Shown: positions 24,796 through 37,710 of the stretch, in pieces
Layout: each line of letters starts with the position of its first letter
Position numbering within the stretch: position 1 is the stretch's first letter
Source: Octopus vulgaris
Lineage: Eukaryota
NCBI GenBank assembly: GCA_951406725.2
Contig: OX597821.1
Location: forward strand, 42,098,001-42,162,000
Reading direction: 5' to 3'
DNA: 64,000 bases
Notes under the pieces: model-generated
Seen by the model: only the letters and a program-made list of their open reading frames with translations
The model's database searches: none
What the model was told of the DNA's origin: nothing
Made by a program: the position numbers and the translations under genes

Positions 24796-27629
24796 TTTCC
24801 TCTAATATATCATCATCATCATCATCGTTTAATGTCCATTTTCCATTTTATTTTTATTTTTGTTTACTGCCTGTGTTGCAAATTTTTTTTTTCTTTTCAA
24901 TCGCTTCTTTGTACAAGTGGTGAAAATGCAAATGTACAAACAAATCGTGTAGTTTGCAACACAGGCAGTAAACAAAAACGAAATACAACAGATTGGTGAA
25001 AATAATCACAAACTTAACACAGGCAAATGTACAGAGGCAATTGAAAAGCAAAAAAAAAAGCATGTAATATGCAACACAGGCAGTGAACAAAAATAAAATA
25101 CAACAGAGTGGTGACATTAATTAGAGATGACTCAGAAGTTGTTCCTCTTCAATTACTATTGCATACAGCAGTAGCTTTCTTCAACCGAATACATGTCACT
25201 GATTGGTTAAAATTACCCAAATATGACAACACTAAATAACTTCTAAAATACGAAATTTTGTCAAAAATGTTGAAAGTAAACTGTGTTCAGCATGAGAAAT
25301 TACACCAATATACAAAGTTTCAAACTGTTTAGTTAGAAAAAAAATAATTAAAAAATCTGTGAGTGAAACTGAAAAGATCCAATATTTTGAAGCAGAGACA
25401 TATTTGAATATGGAGTGATGTTCCTCTACATAGGTATTTTGAAGTAGACTGAACCACACACACACACACACACATCAAAATTATTCTGGGATATTGTATG
25501 AATGCAAAAGTTGAGACTATGAGACCAAGTACATCAAAGATGATGAGGTCAAACTCAGACATAGGGCTTAGGTTTTTAATGGACCCTAGGATTCAAAAGG
25601 CCAAAGCTTAAATCAGTTCCCATAATGTATAAGGGACTGAGATCACAACATTCACCCTGAATAGGCTGCTAGCCCATCGCAGGGTTAACTTCCCAGTTAT
25701 CACTGGAACTCCTTTACAGCCAAGTGGGCTGAAGCATCATAAAATGAAGTGTTTTGTTCACAATGTACTGCCCAGTCTGAGAATTGAAATCATTTTACGC
25801 TCACTTTAACATGGTTACATACCACAACATTGGGTCTCACTACTAACTGAAAACAAAATAACTGGTTGAAAAACCTCAAGTCAGTCCTGATCCAGTAGAT
25901 TTATGATCAGAGACATTCCTGTTCAGACCATCCATGGCTACACAGTCCAAAAATTCTAGTTTTATTCTGTCTTTTTTTTTTTCAGAGATGGTGAAAGTAT
26001 AGATTTTAGGGAAACTTAGCTGTTATTTCTAGCTGATTGAGTAGCCATGTAGAAAGTTTTCCTGGTCGGTACATAGAGATATTTACTGAACTCACTGGCA
26101 GGTTTACTACTTAGTGCCACCTGGTGTTATCTTTGCTTAAAGCTCAAAGTCCCTCTCACAATCTCCTTGAGATTAAAATGTTTACAGAAGACAAAATTAA
26201 TGGAATAGTCCTTAGAACAGTTCTTAGGCTATTGTCGAGTTCTCTGGGAGATTAATCTTCATAATTTCATGTCTTTTTCCGATTTACAACAATTCAAACA
26301 TAAAAACAAAAAAGCTCAGAGATGTTAAACATTGGTGGCTGCAAGACATCTTTACAGCCACCACCACCACCACTGTCAATACTACCATTTACATAGCCAC
26401 CAACACCACTTCCACTTACATAGCCACCACCAACACCAACACCACCACCAACACCACTGATACCAGAACCATACTAAAAGCAAATTTAAGAAGCCCAAGA
26501 GTTGTTCTTCAGTATTTAACTAAATACTAAACCAATATTTGAAAGAGAAAAATCTATAATCAATTGAACCAATCAACGAATATCGTTAATAATTATTTTA
26601 TCGATCTGCATGAGATTTGGATTCAAAATATAAAACAACCTCAACCGAAATGGTGCAAGACTTTTAGTTATATCAAACAATGGCATATTTCAGATGAAGT
26701 AAAAAAGACCCAATGTGTTTTAAGGGCCTGAAGAAGTGTGGATGTTGTAATGTTCATGCTTTTCCTAAAGCCATTAAAAATAGAGGAGAAGTCAACATGT
26801 ATTGAAAGTGAATCCAAAGATTCTTTAGTGGTGGTCATACCAAAAAAATAATAATAATAACTTAATTTTGCAACAACTGATCTAGAAGGTGGCAGAGTTG
26901 GAACATTGGACACAGTGCTTAACAGCATTTCATCTTGCTCTTAGCATACTGAGTTCAAATCCTGCTGAGGGTACCCTTGCTTTTCATCCCTTCAGGGTCA
27001 ATAAAAGAACTAGTCAAATACTGGGATCAAAGCAACTGACTTGCCCCAACCACCACCCCTCCTCCACTCACAATTGTTGGTCTTGAACTCTGCAATGGAC
27101 CAGTGTCCCTTTAAAGGGGAATTTTGTGATTCCAGTCATTTATATGCCATGGAAACTAGATAACTGGTCATAAGAGTCCAAGGGATCAAGAAAAAATAAA
27201 TAGATCAATCAGATCCTCACTACTACTATTACCACCACCACCACCACCATCATCAGTTTTAATACTACTACTACTACTGCCATAGAGACCAGCAGGTCCC
27301 TGCCTCACTCTTATATATCACTTCTCTAACCAGGGTCCATCATCCGTTTTCAGCCCTACTTCTCTGAATGACCCTTCCTACATCAAATCATCTCCGATTG
27401 GAGACAAGTCACCCTGAGAGGTAAAAATATTTTTGGTAAAGAATTCACAATTAAAACTTGCTAAAAAGTTTGGTAAAAACATTAAAGAACAACACAAAAT
27501 TGTTGAAGAAGTTTATTAAAATACAAGATATCTTCTGACTTGAAAAACAGTCATCTTGGTTAGTTCACAGCTTGGAGTTTACTTGAGAGAATGTCACAAC
27601 TTGAGTCACAACTCGTATTGAAAAGTGTT

Positions 27630-28190
27630 TAACTCTTTCGTTACCTTAATTCTGCTGAATTGCATCATCTTCTTTTCAAGCAATTTCGAAAATAATGAAG
27701 AATTTGGCAAAATAACTTTGTCGTAATCAAGTCAATGTTTTGAATAGGAATTAGGAGGATATTCTGGTGGAAGGCTTTTAATTTGGATCACTTTAAACAG
27801 AAAGATTGTATCACAGAACCAGGGACAATTTCAGACAGGTTTGTATCAAAGAACTAAAAGACAATCAGGAATTAATAAAAGAGTGATTTGGCTGGCTAAT
27901 GATCCCTGACTGACTATTGTAGTCCCTAATTTAAAACCCATTAGTTATGATATTTCTGTTGAAATTCACTGCCTGCCCCCCTCCACTTTTGTTTCTTTTT
28001 TCATTTCAGTTAGGTTTGAATATAACAAAGAAGTTAGCAAAATAAGTTTGGAATTATTAACCTGGTGTTTGGAACAAACATTAACCTGAAATTTTGATGG
28101 GAGATTTTAATTTCGATCATTTTTAAAACATGAAGTTTGTATGATAGAACCAGGATCAGTCTCAGATGGGATGGAATCAAAAAGGTTGAT
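27630..28190. mobile_element. two piggyBac-like MITE copies (TTAA ends, CCCTT..TACC / GGTAT..AAGGG termini), degraded
   Basis: TTAACTCTTTCGTTACC...GTATCAAAGAACTAA plus a second copy ending ATCAAAAAGGTTGA. Same family at 39648-40122. Confidence 0.5.
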
Positions 28191-28376
28191 ACATTTAAAT
28201 GAAACCAATTCTATACTTACCATTCATTCTTCACAAGATTCTCTGATATTCCTGAAGATTTCCAACAGAATTAACAGAAATACAGATTTAAGATTGTACA
28301 ACATGAAACACTTCTCATGGTTCTCCATCACAAGAATCAAAGGCAGTCTTTGATTCCTACTCATTGGGAGAGTTAA

Positions 28377-28909
28377 TATGAGGTCTGATCAGAAAGTGTC
28401 AGGACTGTTACTATGGTAACAGAGTTAAAGTACACCGAGTGAAGCTGCTCGACACAGACTGACCTTGAACCGAGTCCAACATGGAGTTATAATGTTCTCA
28501 CTCACTTTTGTTGTTGAGAGCAGAACTTGGGAGTAAAGTGTGTAGAGTGCGGTTGTCTCAAGAAGAAGATCAGGCTTCTTCAGATGCACAGGGTCTCCTT
28601 AATTGTGTCAAGGAAGACGGTCACAAAAGGGGACAAATTGTGAGTCTATGGCTATGACTCTTTCCTCTTTCTAAAAATCAAAGGAATAAGATTTCAAGAC
28701 ATTGAAGAAATCCAAGAGCATGCAATGAGGCAGCTGCTTGTTATCCCAAAGTAGGAGTTCCAGGAATGGTTCCATCAATGGAAACAACACTGAATAAAGT
28801 GTGTGGCTTCAAAAAGGGACAACTTCAAAAGAGATGAAATACTGAATTGATATCTGTTATAGTTTTCCTGTCATAGTACCAGTCTGATACTTTCTGATCA
28901 GACCTTATA
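28377..28909 (+). mobile_element. internally deleted mariner element
   Basis: TIRs TATGAGGTCTGATCAGAAAGT / ACTTTCTGATCAGACCTTATA. Internal DSFLFLKIKGIRFQDIEEIQEHAMRQLLVIPK*EFQEWFHQWKQH*IKCVAS matches the mariner transposase C-terminus. Confidence 0.85.
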
Positions 28910-29436
28910 TGGTAATATTTCAAAAGACAAAAACATTTTTTTATAAGGTACTCCACCATTCACTTTCAGAAGAAGACTGCCATCTTAAATCAAAGACCAA
29001 CAGTTGGATCTTAATGGCATTTATTTCAAAGAATTGGGAAAGCTAAAATGTTTACAAACCATTGAGATCTTGAACCTAATAACAGAACACTTTTAGTTCG
29101 GCACTCCATCACCATCTTTGACTCTCTTTTTCTTCTTCAGATCTTGCAGCATTTTTAGAAACAATTATATAAACTCATCACATACGTATACAATTTAATA
29201 GAAAAAAAAAGAATGTGAGAGCACACACGGAAACACACACACACACACACACGCGCACACACATGCACACTCACACACTTGTATATAATTCCATTTATTG
29301 ATAAGATCATGTGATGAAAGACTGATATACATTAACAAATTATACTCGTACACATGGATATGGATATGTATGTATATGTATAAGTGTATTCAAGAATGTA
29401 CACATATGTGAATGTATTACATATATGTGAATGTAC

Positions 29437-29484
<48 letters not shown>

Positions 29485-29587
29485 GTGTGTGTGTATATAT
29501 ATATGCGTGTATATATATATAAATAGTATATATATATATGTTTGTGTGTATGTATGTACATATATATATAAAATATAAATATATAAT

Positions 29588-30979
29588 CTATGCTGACGAC
29601 CTTGCTCTAATTGATGAGTCACTATCAGAACTAGAGGAGAAGTTTCAAGTGTGGAAACAAGGATTAGAATCGAAGGGCTTTAGAGTCAACTTAGCTAAAA
29701 CCAAAGTCTTAATAAGTAGGAAGGCAAGCAAACCACAAATCCCTTCAGGTAGATGGCCCTGCTCAATTTGTAGAAAAGGTGTAGGTAGAAACTCTATAAG
29801 ATGTACCCAGTGTAAGCTATGGACACATAAGAGGTACAGCAATATCAAAGGAAGGCTAACTGGGAAGATAGTTTTTGTGTGAGGTAGATGCTCAGGAGCA
29901 ATAAACACTGAAAATGTGCAGACAACAACTTCTGCTACATTCCAGGGAGAAAAACTAGAAGTAGTGATAGCTTCCGTTACCTAGGTGACCAAGTCAGTAG
30001 CAGGAGAGGTTACACTGAAAGTGTAGCTGCTAGAATAAGAATAGCATGGGCTAAGTTCAGAGAGCTCTTACCTCTGCTGGTGACAAAGGGCCTCTCGCTC
30101 AGAGTAAAAGGTAGACTGTATGGCACATGTGTACGAACAGCCATGCTACATGACAGTGAAACATGGGCCGTGACTGCTGAGCACATGCGTAAGCTCGCAA
30201 GGAATGAAGCCAGTATGATCCGATGGATATGTAATGTCAGTGTGCATACTCGACAGAGTGTAAGTACCTTGAGAGAAAAGTTGGACCTAGGAAGTATCAG
30301 ACGTAATGTGCAAGAGAGATGACTGCGCTGGTATGGTCATGTGGCGAGAATGGATGAGGATAGCTGTGTGAAAAAGTGTCACACCCTAGTGGTTGAGGGA
30401 ACCTGTGGAAGAGATAGACCCAGCAAGACCTGGGATGAAGTGGTGAAGCACGACCTTCGAACATTAGGCCTCATCGAGGCAATGACCAGTGACTAAGACT
30501 TTTGGAAATATGCTGTGCTTAAGAAGACCCGGCAAGGCAAGTGAGACCAAAACCTTGTGTCCTATGCCAGGTGTGTAACCAGCCCACTTGTGCGTACCTT
30601 CCCTTCATTGGACACTTCTTGTGAAGACTTGTTGAGGCAAGTGAAATCGAAATCAAATTCGATGACTGGCATCCATGCTAGTGGAGCACTAAGAGCACCA
30701 TCTGAGCGTGATCGTTGCCAGAGTGGCTACCTGGCATTCATGCCAGTGGCATGTAAAAAGCACCATTTGAGCATGATCGTTACGATTTTTTTGTGGCACA
30801 TAAAAGCAGCCACTACACTCTCGGAGTGGTTGGCATTAGGAAGGGCATCCAGCTGTAGAAACTCTGCCAGATCAAGATTGGAGCCTGGTGCAGCCATCTG
30901 GTTTGCCAGTCCTCAGTCAAATCGTCCAACCCATGCTAGCATGGAAAGCGGACGTTAAACGACGATGATGATGATGATG
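29588..30979 (+). mobile_element. 5'-truncated RTE-clade LINE (RT from YADD onward, PHD insert, 3' UTR, (GAT)n tail), pseudogenised
   Basis: YADDLALI...[11 protein letters not shown]...FRYLG...ARIRIAWAKFREL...LRWYGHVARM...RPSKTW, with stops and a frameshift near 29965. Ends GGACGTTAAACGAC(GAT)n. Confidence 0.92.
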
Positions 30980-31007
30980 TATATATACATATATATAGAT
31001 GTTTGTG

Positions 31008-31041
<34 letters not shown>

Positions 31042-32469
31042 GATAGATAGATGTTTGTGTATATATATATGTGTGTGTGTGCATAGATGTATGTATGTAT
31101 GTGTTGGTTAGCTAGAGTGTTGCAATGTGGTACATTGCAATATATAATCAATTTATAAATTTAGGAGAACAGTAGAAATACTGTTGTTAGTGTCCACCTC
31201 ATTAAATCTTGATTAAAATGGTTCCTGACAGTTGCAGAATCCTTACAGAGAACAGCCAAAGAACTGGGGTGAATTACCTGGAAGAGAAGCCATTGCTGTG
31301 TCTGCAGAGTCAACAAGTCTTGTTAGAAACAGCACAATGTCTCCTAAAAACACACACACACCGTTTAACAGACATGGCACTATTACTTTCCAATTTCTCT
31401 TCAGACATCATATTCTTATTGGTGATTGATTGCAAGAATTTCGGTAATGTAATTGAAGCTGAATCTTTAATAAGTGTGGGCAGTTGTAAACAGTGGCTGT
31501 GGTAACTACATTTGACAGGTCTTAATGTCTGAGAGAGGATAAAAGCAGCTCTTGAAGAGTCGTCTATTTACTCTCCATTTTATCACTAATAATGGTAATT
31601 ACAGCTAACTTGTGTGACAGCTCTACAAGGTAAATATACTTATGTATGTATGTATGTATGTATGTATGTATGTATGTATGTGTGTATGTATGGCTCTGTG
31701 TATGTGTCCGTATGCACATATACACGTCTGTGTATGCACACACACATATATATGTGCATGTATACAGATATGTACACACATATATATGTATGTGTGTATA
31801 TATATATCCCTAAAAAAACCTATATATATAAATGTATATCTGTATGGCTTTCTGTATGTGTGTGTGTGCATGTTTAAACATATGTGTATGAACACATGTA
31901 TGTATGTATGTCATCGCTTAGTTAAGTGATTAAGTAGCTTGCTTCCCAACCACATGGCGCCATATTCAGTCCCTCTGCATAGCACCTTGAGCAAGTGTCT
32001 TCTGCTAAATCCTGGACCTAGATTTGAGAGGTATAAACTAAAAGGAACCCATCATATGTGTGTGTGTGCATGGTTATGCATGGAGGGGTGTGTTTTTCCA
32101 GTTCCTTGTTTCGATGTCATGCAAGAGTTATGAACAGGGTCAACTTTGCCATTCAGCCTTTCAGGGTTAGTGAAATATATAATACCAGTGAAATACTGGG
32201 TTGATGTGGCTGACTTACCCCTCACCTAACATCAGTCAGCCATATGCCAAAATTTGAAAACATGATTATTATTATTATTATTAAGGAGGCACGCTGGGTG
32301 AAATGCTAAGCAGCATTCCGTCCATATCAATGTTCGGGGTTCACTGGGGTTGACTTTGTCTTTCATCTTTTCGGGGTCAATAAAACAAGTACCAGTGGCG
32401 TATTGGAGTGAATGAAATGGAATTACCTCTCCCCCAAAATTTCAGGCTTTGTGCCTATTAGTAGAAAGG

Positions 32470-32510
<41 letters not shown>

Positions 32511-32794
32511 AGGTGAGGCCAAAATCTGGAGATTACTGAAATAATTACTTCAGTTAAATTGAACTTTGACACATTTACATCTTTCTAAATTGCTTGAAAT
32601 CACTTGGGATTATTTTATGGCTTATGAAGACACTGCTCCAGCATGGCCTTGTCCATTATGGCTTCAACAAACAAAAGAACTAATCAGAAGAAAGGTCATT
32701 AGTACCACCTGGGGCTTGAAACTAATAAGGGAAAGGGAGATACATTTATATATATATATATATATACATATTTATAATAATAATAATAATAATT

Positions 32795-32945
32795 TGAGGG
32801 AATACTATTCCAAACTTACAGGGAAAAATTCAGTTTAGAAATACTAAATCAAATTTCACGAAATATAATATATATATATAAAAATTAGAAAAAAACACCT
32901 TTTATCAATTCAAAATGAACAATTAAATTACACCATCTAGAAAAT
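32795..32945 (+). repeat. dispersed AT-rich repeat, second copy at about 57194-57350
   Basis: GAGGGAATA.TATTCCAAACTTACAGG.AAAAATTCA.TTTAGAAATACTAAATCAAATTTCAC...TCTAGAAAATTAC is present at both sites. Family unknown. Confidence 0.75.
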
Positions 32946-33068
32946 TACATATAATAGAAATATTAAAATATAAAATAACAATAATATACCGATGATTAAG
33001 TAATGTGCAAAATAATAAATAAAACGTAAATATTTATATATATATATATATACGTATGTATGTATATA

Positions 33069-33655
33069 GGTGCAGGCGCGGCTGTGGGATAAGAAGCTTG
33101 CTTCCCAACCACATGGTTTGGGGTTCAGTCCCACTGCATGGCACCTTGGGCGAGTGTCTTCTACCACAGCCTTGAGTCGATGAAAGCCTTGTGAGTGAAT
33201 TTGGTAGACGGAAACTGAAAGAAGCCCATTGTATATATGTAAATGTTTGTACCGTTCACCATCACTCAACAACCAACGTTGGTGTGTTTACGCCCCCGTA
33301 ACTTAGCAGCTCAGCAAAAGAGACCAATAGAATAAATACTAGGCTTACAAAGAATAAGTCCTGGGATCGATTTGCTCGACTAAGGCAGTGCTCTAGCATG
33401 GCCACAGTCAAATGACTGAAACAAGTGTGTACACACACACACTCCCCTCCTCTCTGTTAATAGGCACAAGCACTTATACACACACAAACACACATATGTA
33501 CACACATGATGGGAACCTTCACCTACCAAATTCAATCACAAGGCTTCGATCACGTCAAGGCTATAGCAGAAGATGCTTGCCCAAGGTGCCATGTAGGGGG
33601 ACTGAACCCTAAACCATGTGGTTGGGAAGCGAGCTTCCTAACCACACAGCCATGC
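33069..33655. mobile_element. two family A SINEs in opposite orientation (33069-33426 plus; about 33505-33655 minus)
   Basis: Family A head/body on both strands. Confidence 0.75.
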
Positions 33656-35537
33656 TTATATCAATACACATCCTCATAATCATTATCTTTTGATGTCCCT
33701 GTTTCCAAGCTGGCATGAGTTGGATGATTTTGACAGGAATCGATGAGCCAGGGGGCTGCACCAGGCTCCTGGTGTCTAGTTTGGCAGGTTTCTACAGCTG
33801 AATGCCCTTCCTAATGCCAACCATTTTACACTGTGTATTGAGTACTTTTTTACATAGCACCAGCAGCAGGACTCATCAAGTACTCACAAGACCCCTCAAC
33901 TCAGTTGAGTAAAGTCTTGAGGGATGTGAAACTATGGTACAGGGACAGGAGCGAGTGTCTTGCTGAAGAGGTGAATACACAGATTATTCTCTAGCTGGAG
34001 AGAGAGAGAGATGGTAAGAGTGTACCTTCAAGCTACAAGATGAATACGGGAGAGAGAATAGGGGATAGAAGATCAGAAAGGGTGGGTGGGTAGGTAAATG
34101 CAGCAGAGTGTGAAAAGAATGAGATGAATGATTAGAGGAGGGTGGTTGAGGTAGAAACGAGTGAATATCAGTTTATGGGAGGAGAAGTAGGAGTGGGTCT
34201 GGGAGGAGGAGGTGATAAGGGACAGTGACTGGGATACAATGTGACTTTGCTGTTGTTGTTTAGCCCTAGTCAGACTATTGTTGTTAAAGACATTCCAACC
34301 ATGACTACATTGTCAAAAGTGCGATTCCTTTGTGTTAAGACAATGGGGGATGACGCAAGTGAGCTTTGGTTGCTTTTCTAACATTTCTGCTATTTTTGTA
34401 TACAACCTCACATAATCAATAAAGTCTAATGGAAATATTTGGCCAGAAGGCCAAAGCTGCCCAAATTCTATTCTAAATTATTAAATCAGATTAACAGTAG
34501 AGCCTTTGCTGGCACCATGTCAAAACTCCCATGCTGGTGTCACATATAAAGCACCCAGTGGACTCTGTAAAGTGGTTAGTATTAGGAAGGGCGTCCAGCC
34601 ACAGAAACCATGCCAAAGCAGACAATTGGAACCCGGTGCAGCTTTTTGGGTTGCCAGCTCCTGTCAAACTGTCCAACCCGTACAGGAAAGACAATAGTCA
34701 TTAAAGGATGATGATGATGGAAGTAGGAAGAGCAAGGAATGGGACAGTCTACCCTAGGCAATGCTGTTATGGCGGGAAATACTTTTTGGTCTGCTGTATT
34801 AACCTGTAAGGGCTGCATTGGCCGAAAGAGGGTGTGGCAAACTCAAACGCAGTCGCTGGTAGCGCTCCCTCTATACCTACGCCACTGTAGGTAAAAAAAA
34901 AGGACAGGTACAGATATGGCAAGAAACAACTGTAAGTTTACAGAAATAATGCATCACCGTTAATTTTAACTATTTGTCTTGTTTATCCCATGTGATCTAT
35001 GGAGCATATTATTCCCCTGGCATCCAGGCACCAGATCTGATATGCATCCCCAATTTTTATTTCAACCACGAGAATAACTTGGGAATTATGAATGGAAAGA
35101 TTGATATTACTCTTAACTTATTAAACAAGGTTAAACTAAAGGTCTGAAACAAGAATGGACGTTTGGGACATCATCATCATCATTTAGTGTCCATGTCCAT
35201 TGTCCATGCTGGCTGCGTTGGGCTGTTTGACAGGAGCTGACAAGCTGGAAGGCTGCACCAGACTCCAGTCTGATTTGGCATGGTTTTCTACGGCCAGATG
35301 CCCTTCCTAACGCTAACCACTCCGAGAGTGTAATGGGTGCTTTTACGTGCCACCAGCATGGGTACCATATGAAAATGCTTTGGACAGGCAAAGAGTTAAT
35401 GAGAAGGAAGTAAGTTGAGAGAAATTTGGCTGTTGTTTCTAGGAGTTTGAAAACCTGTTTTGATTTTCTTATTAATCGGAGGAATCAAGGAGTTGTAATT
35501 TAATCCTAATTGGGCAAATCTTTTATAGACTATCCAA

Positions 35538-35754
35538 CTCTCTTTTACTCTTTTACTTGTTTCAGTCATTTGACTGTGGCCATGCTGGAGCACCGCCATT
35601 AGTCGAGCAAGTCGACCCCAGGACTTATTCTTTGTAAGCCTAGTACTTATTCTATTGGACTCTTTTGCTGAACCGCTAAGTTACGGAGATGTAAACACAC
35701 CAGCATCGGTTGTCAATCGATGTTTGGGGGACAAACACAGACACACAAACATAT

Positions 35755-35809
<55 letters not shown>

Positions 35810-35938
35810 CATACATATATTCGACGGGCTTCTTTCAGTTTCCGTTAACCAAATCCACTCACAAGGCTTTGGTCAGCCCGAGGCTATAGTAGAAGACACT
35901 TGCCCAAGATGCCACGCAGTGGGAATGAACCCGGAACT
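35538..35938 (-). mobile_element. CORE-type SINE (family A)
   Basis: Reverse complement of family A. It accounts for the first half of the 221-aa ORF at 35655. Confidence 0.85.
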
Positions 35939-36078
35939 ATGTATTTTTTTTATATGGAGGACTAATGTCGTTTCTGTTCTGAAGACAGTAGTGTGGTCTT
36001 GTGGAGAATCTGGCTGCTATTTTTTTAGTAAGTCAAATCATTTTTGCAACAAGTTGAACAAGTTTATTAGTAGCAAGG

Positions 36079-36225
36079 TGAGTCAACAGACGCGCTATAA
36101 AAACCACCGCCGCCACCCTGGTATGTATACGAGACACACGAGAAAACAAAGGATAAGACACGAACAACCTTTCTCGAGAAGCGGGCCGCATGAGACACGA
36201 CCCGAAAATGGCGGCGACGCAAAAG
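36079..36225. promoter_or_regulatory. small CpG-rich, promoter-like segment
   Basis: AP-1 TGAGTCA at 36079, TATAAAA at 36096, YY1-type AAAATGGCGGC at 36205-36215, and locally high CpG density. Confidence 0.45.
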
Positions 36226-37320
36226 TAAAAAAAAAAAAAATTAAAGCAACTTTTCGTAAGGTATACTATTCAGGAAGTGTCTTGCACATGACTGATCTAA
36301 AGGGTCAGACGACGTGCTAGAAATAGCAGTCAAATGTGCTGCAAGCCACGCCCTTTCAGTCTTAAAAGAAAACTGTCTTGCATTATGCGGTTCAGAGTTC
36401 TCTACACAAAGGGTAAAAATCGAGATGGGTACGGCTGGAACGCCTTTCATCATCGGTCTGACCAATCAAGGTTGACTTGGTAAACAACAGCATACACAGA
36501 AAGAGAAACCAATGAGGGTCGCTTGATCTACTAAAACTAGCAGACCAAATTACCCTCAAACACACACACGGGGGGGGGGGGCAATGTACTTCCTGATATG
36601 CAAAAAAGGTGTGATGGCCACGGCGGGAATACGTTCAGTCCTAGATATGTTTATTCGATCAGGACCGAACAGGGATTAAAAAAAACCAGGAAATTAATAC
36701 GAGACATATTTTTGATAAACGGAGATGACGAAATAGGTGTTATATAAAGACTAAATAGACTTAGTAAGCGATTAGCGGGGATTAATGGCATAATCTCATC
36801 TGATTATGTTGACATTTTGTCCAAATGACTCAGAAACAATGTCGAAGTGTTTGTTTCCTTGTCGTAATTCTATCGTAACACTAAAGTTAATTGAGAGCCG
36901 TTTCCTTCTAGATTTTTATCATTAACATGATTGAGGAGACAGACATATCAGCACTCATATGGAGTAGGAACCAAAGTAAATAAATATAATACAATCGATG
37001 ATCTAATGTTCAATAAACTGTTACCGCGATACCAATGTCTCTAATAAGACATTTAAAGCCCAGTTAATTCGATTGACGATGTGAGTAAGGGAGGTAACTC
37101 AGTGACATCTTTATTTCACACCTGCAGCTCCACATCATTTTATTTTTCGGCCTTGAATTGCCAGAAGTTCATGTGTATTACACACGCACACACACACATC
37201 ATAAGTGGTAAGAATTTGCTTCCCAACCGCATGGTTCCAAGTTCAGTCCCACTGCGTGGAACCTTGGGCAAGTGTCTTCTATTATAACCTCGAACCGACC
37301 TAAGTGTTGAGAGTGGATTT

Positions 37321-37710
37321 AATAATAATAACGAAATTATTGTATACAGTGCTCAGGTGCACCACAACTTGTCGAAAGTGCGTATAAAGAATATGCAGTA
37401 ATGTACAAATGTCTGGAAAGTAAACAGTGTATGAGTCAGATACATGCTTGCATGTGTATGGAGGGGAGAAAATCAGGTGAAGTGTTGGCGAATTTCAGGA
37501 AGCATGGAGGTTTTGAAGGATGCAGTGTTCCGACAACTAACAACTGATGCTGGCAGTTTGTTCCATGCTTCAGCAACTCTTAACGTGAAAAAATGTTTCC
37601 GAAAGTCATGGGAGCTGTGCTGATTTCTGACTTTGTAAACATGTCCACGGGTGTTAGACAGGTGGAGTTTGAAAAGGTGCTCAGAGTTATTGTTTGTAAG
37701 ATGGTTAATA
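37321..37710 (-). mobile_element. 3' fragment of a CR1/L2-group LINE nested in a family A SINE (about 37203-37760)
   Basis: SNTRGHVYKVRNQHSSHDFRKHFFTLRVAEAWNKLPASVVSCRNTASFKTSM matches the typical CR1-group ORF2 C-terminus. (TTA)n tail. The host SINE is split at GAGTGGATTT / ATTTGGTAGA. Confidence 0.85.

Noticed and set aside
29302-29326. bantam-like or C/D-box-like AGATCATGTGATGAAAGACTGAT
   Set aside because: Seed mismatch and no hairpin; the C and D boxes are too close together.
35655-36320. 221-aa ORF
   Set aside because: The first half is an antisense family A SINE with (TA)n; the remainder has no recognisable protein similarity.
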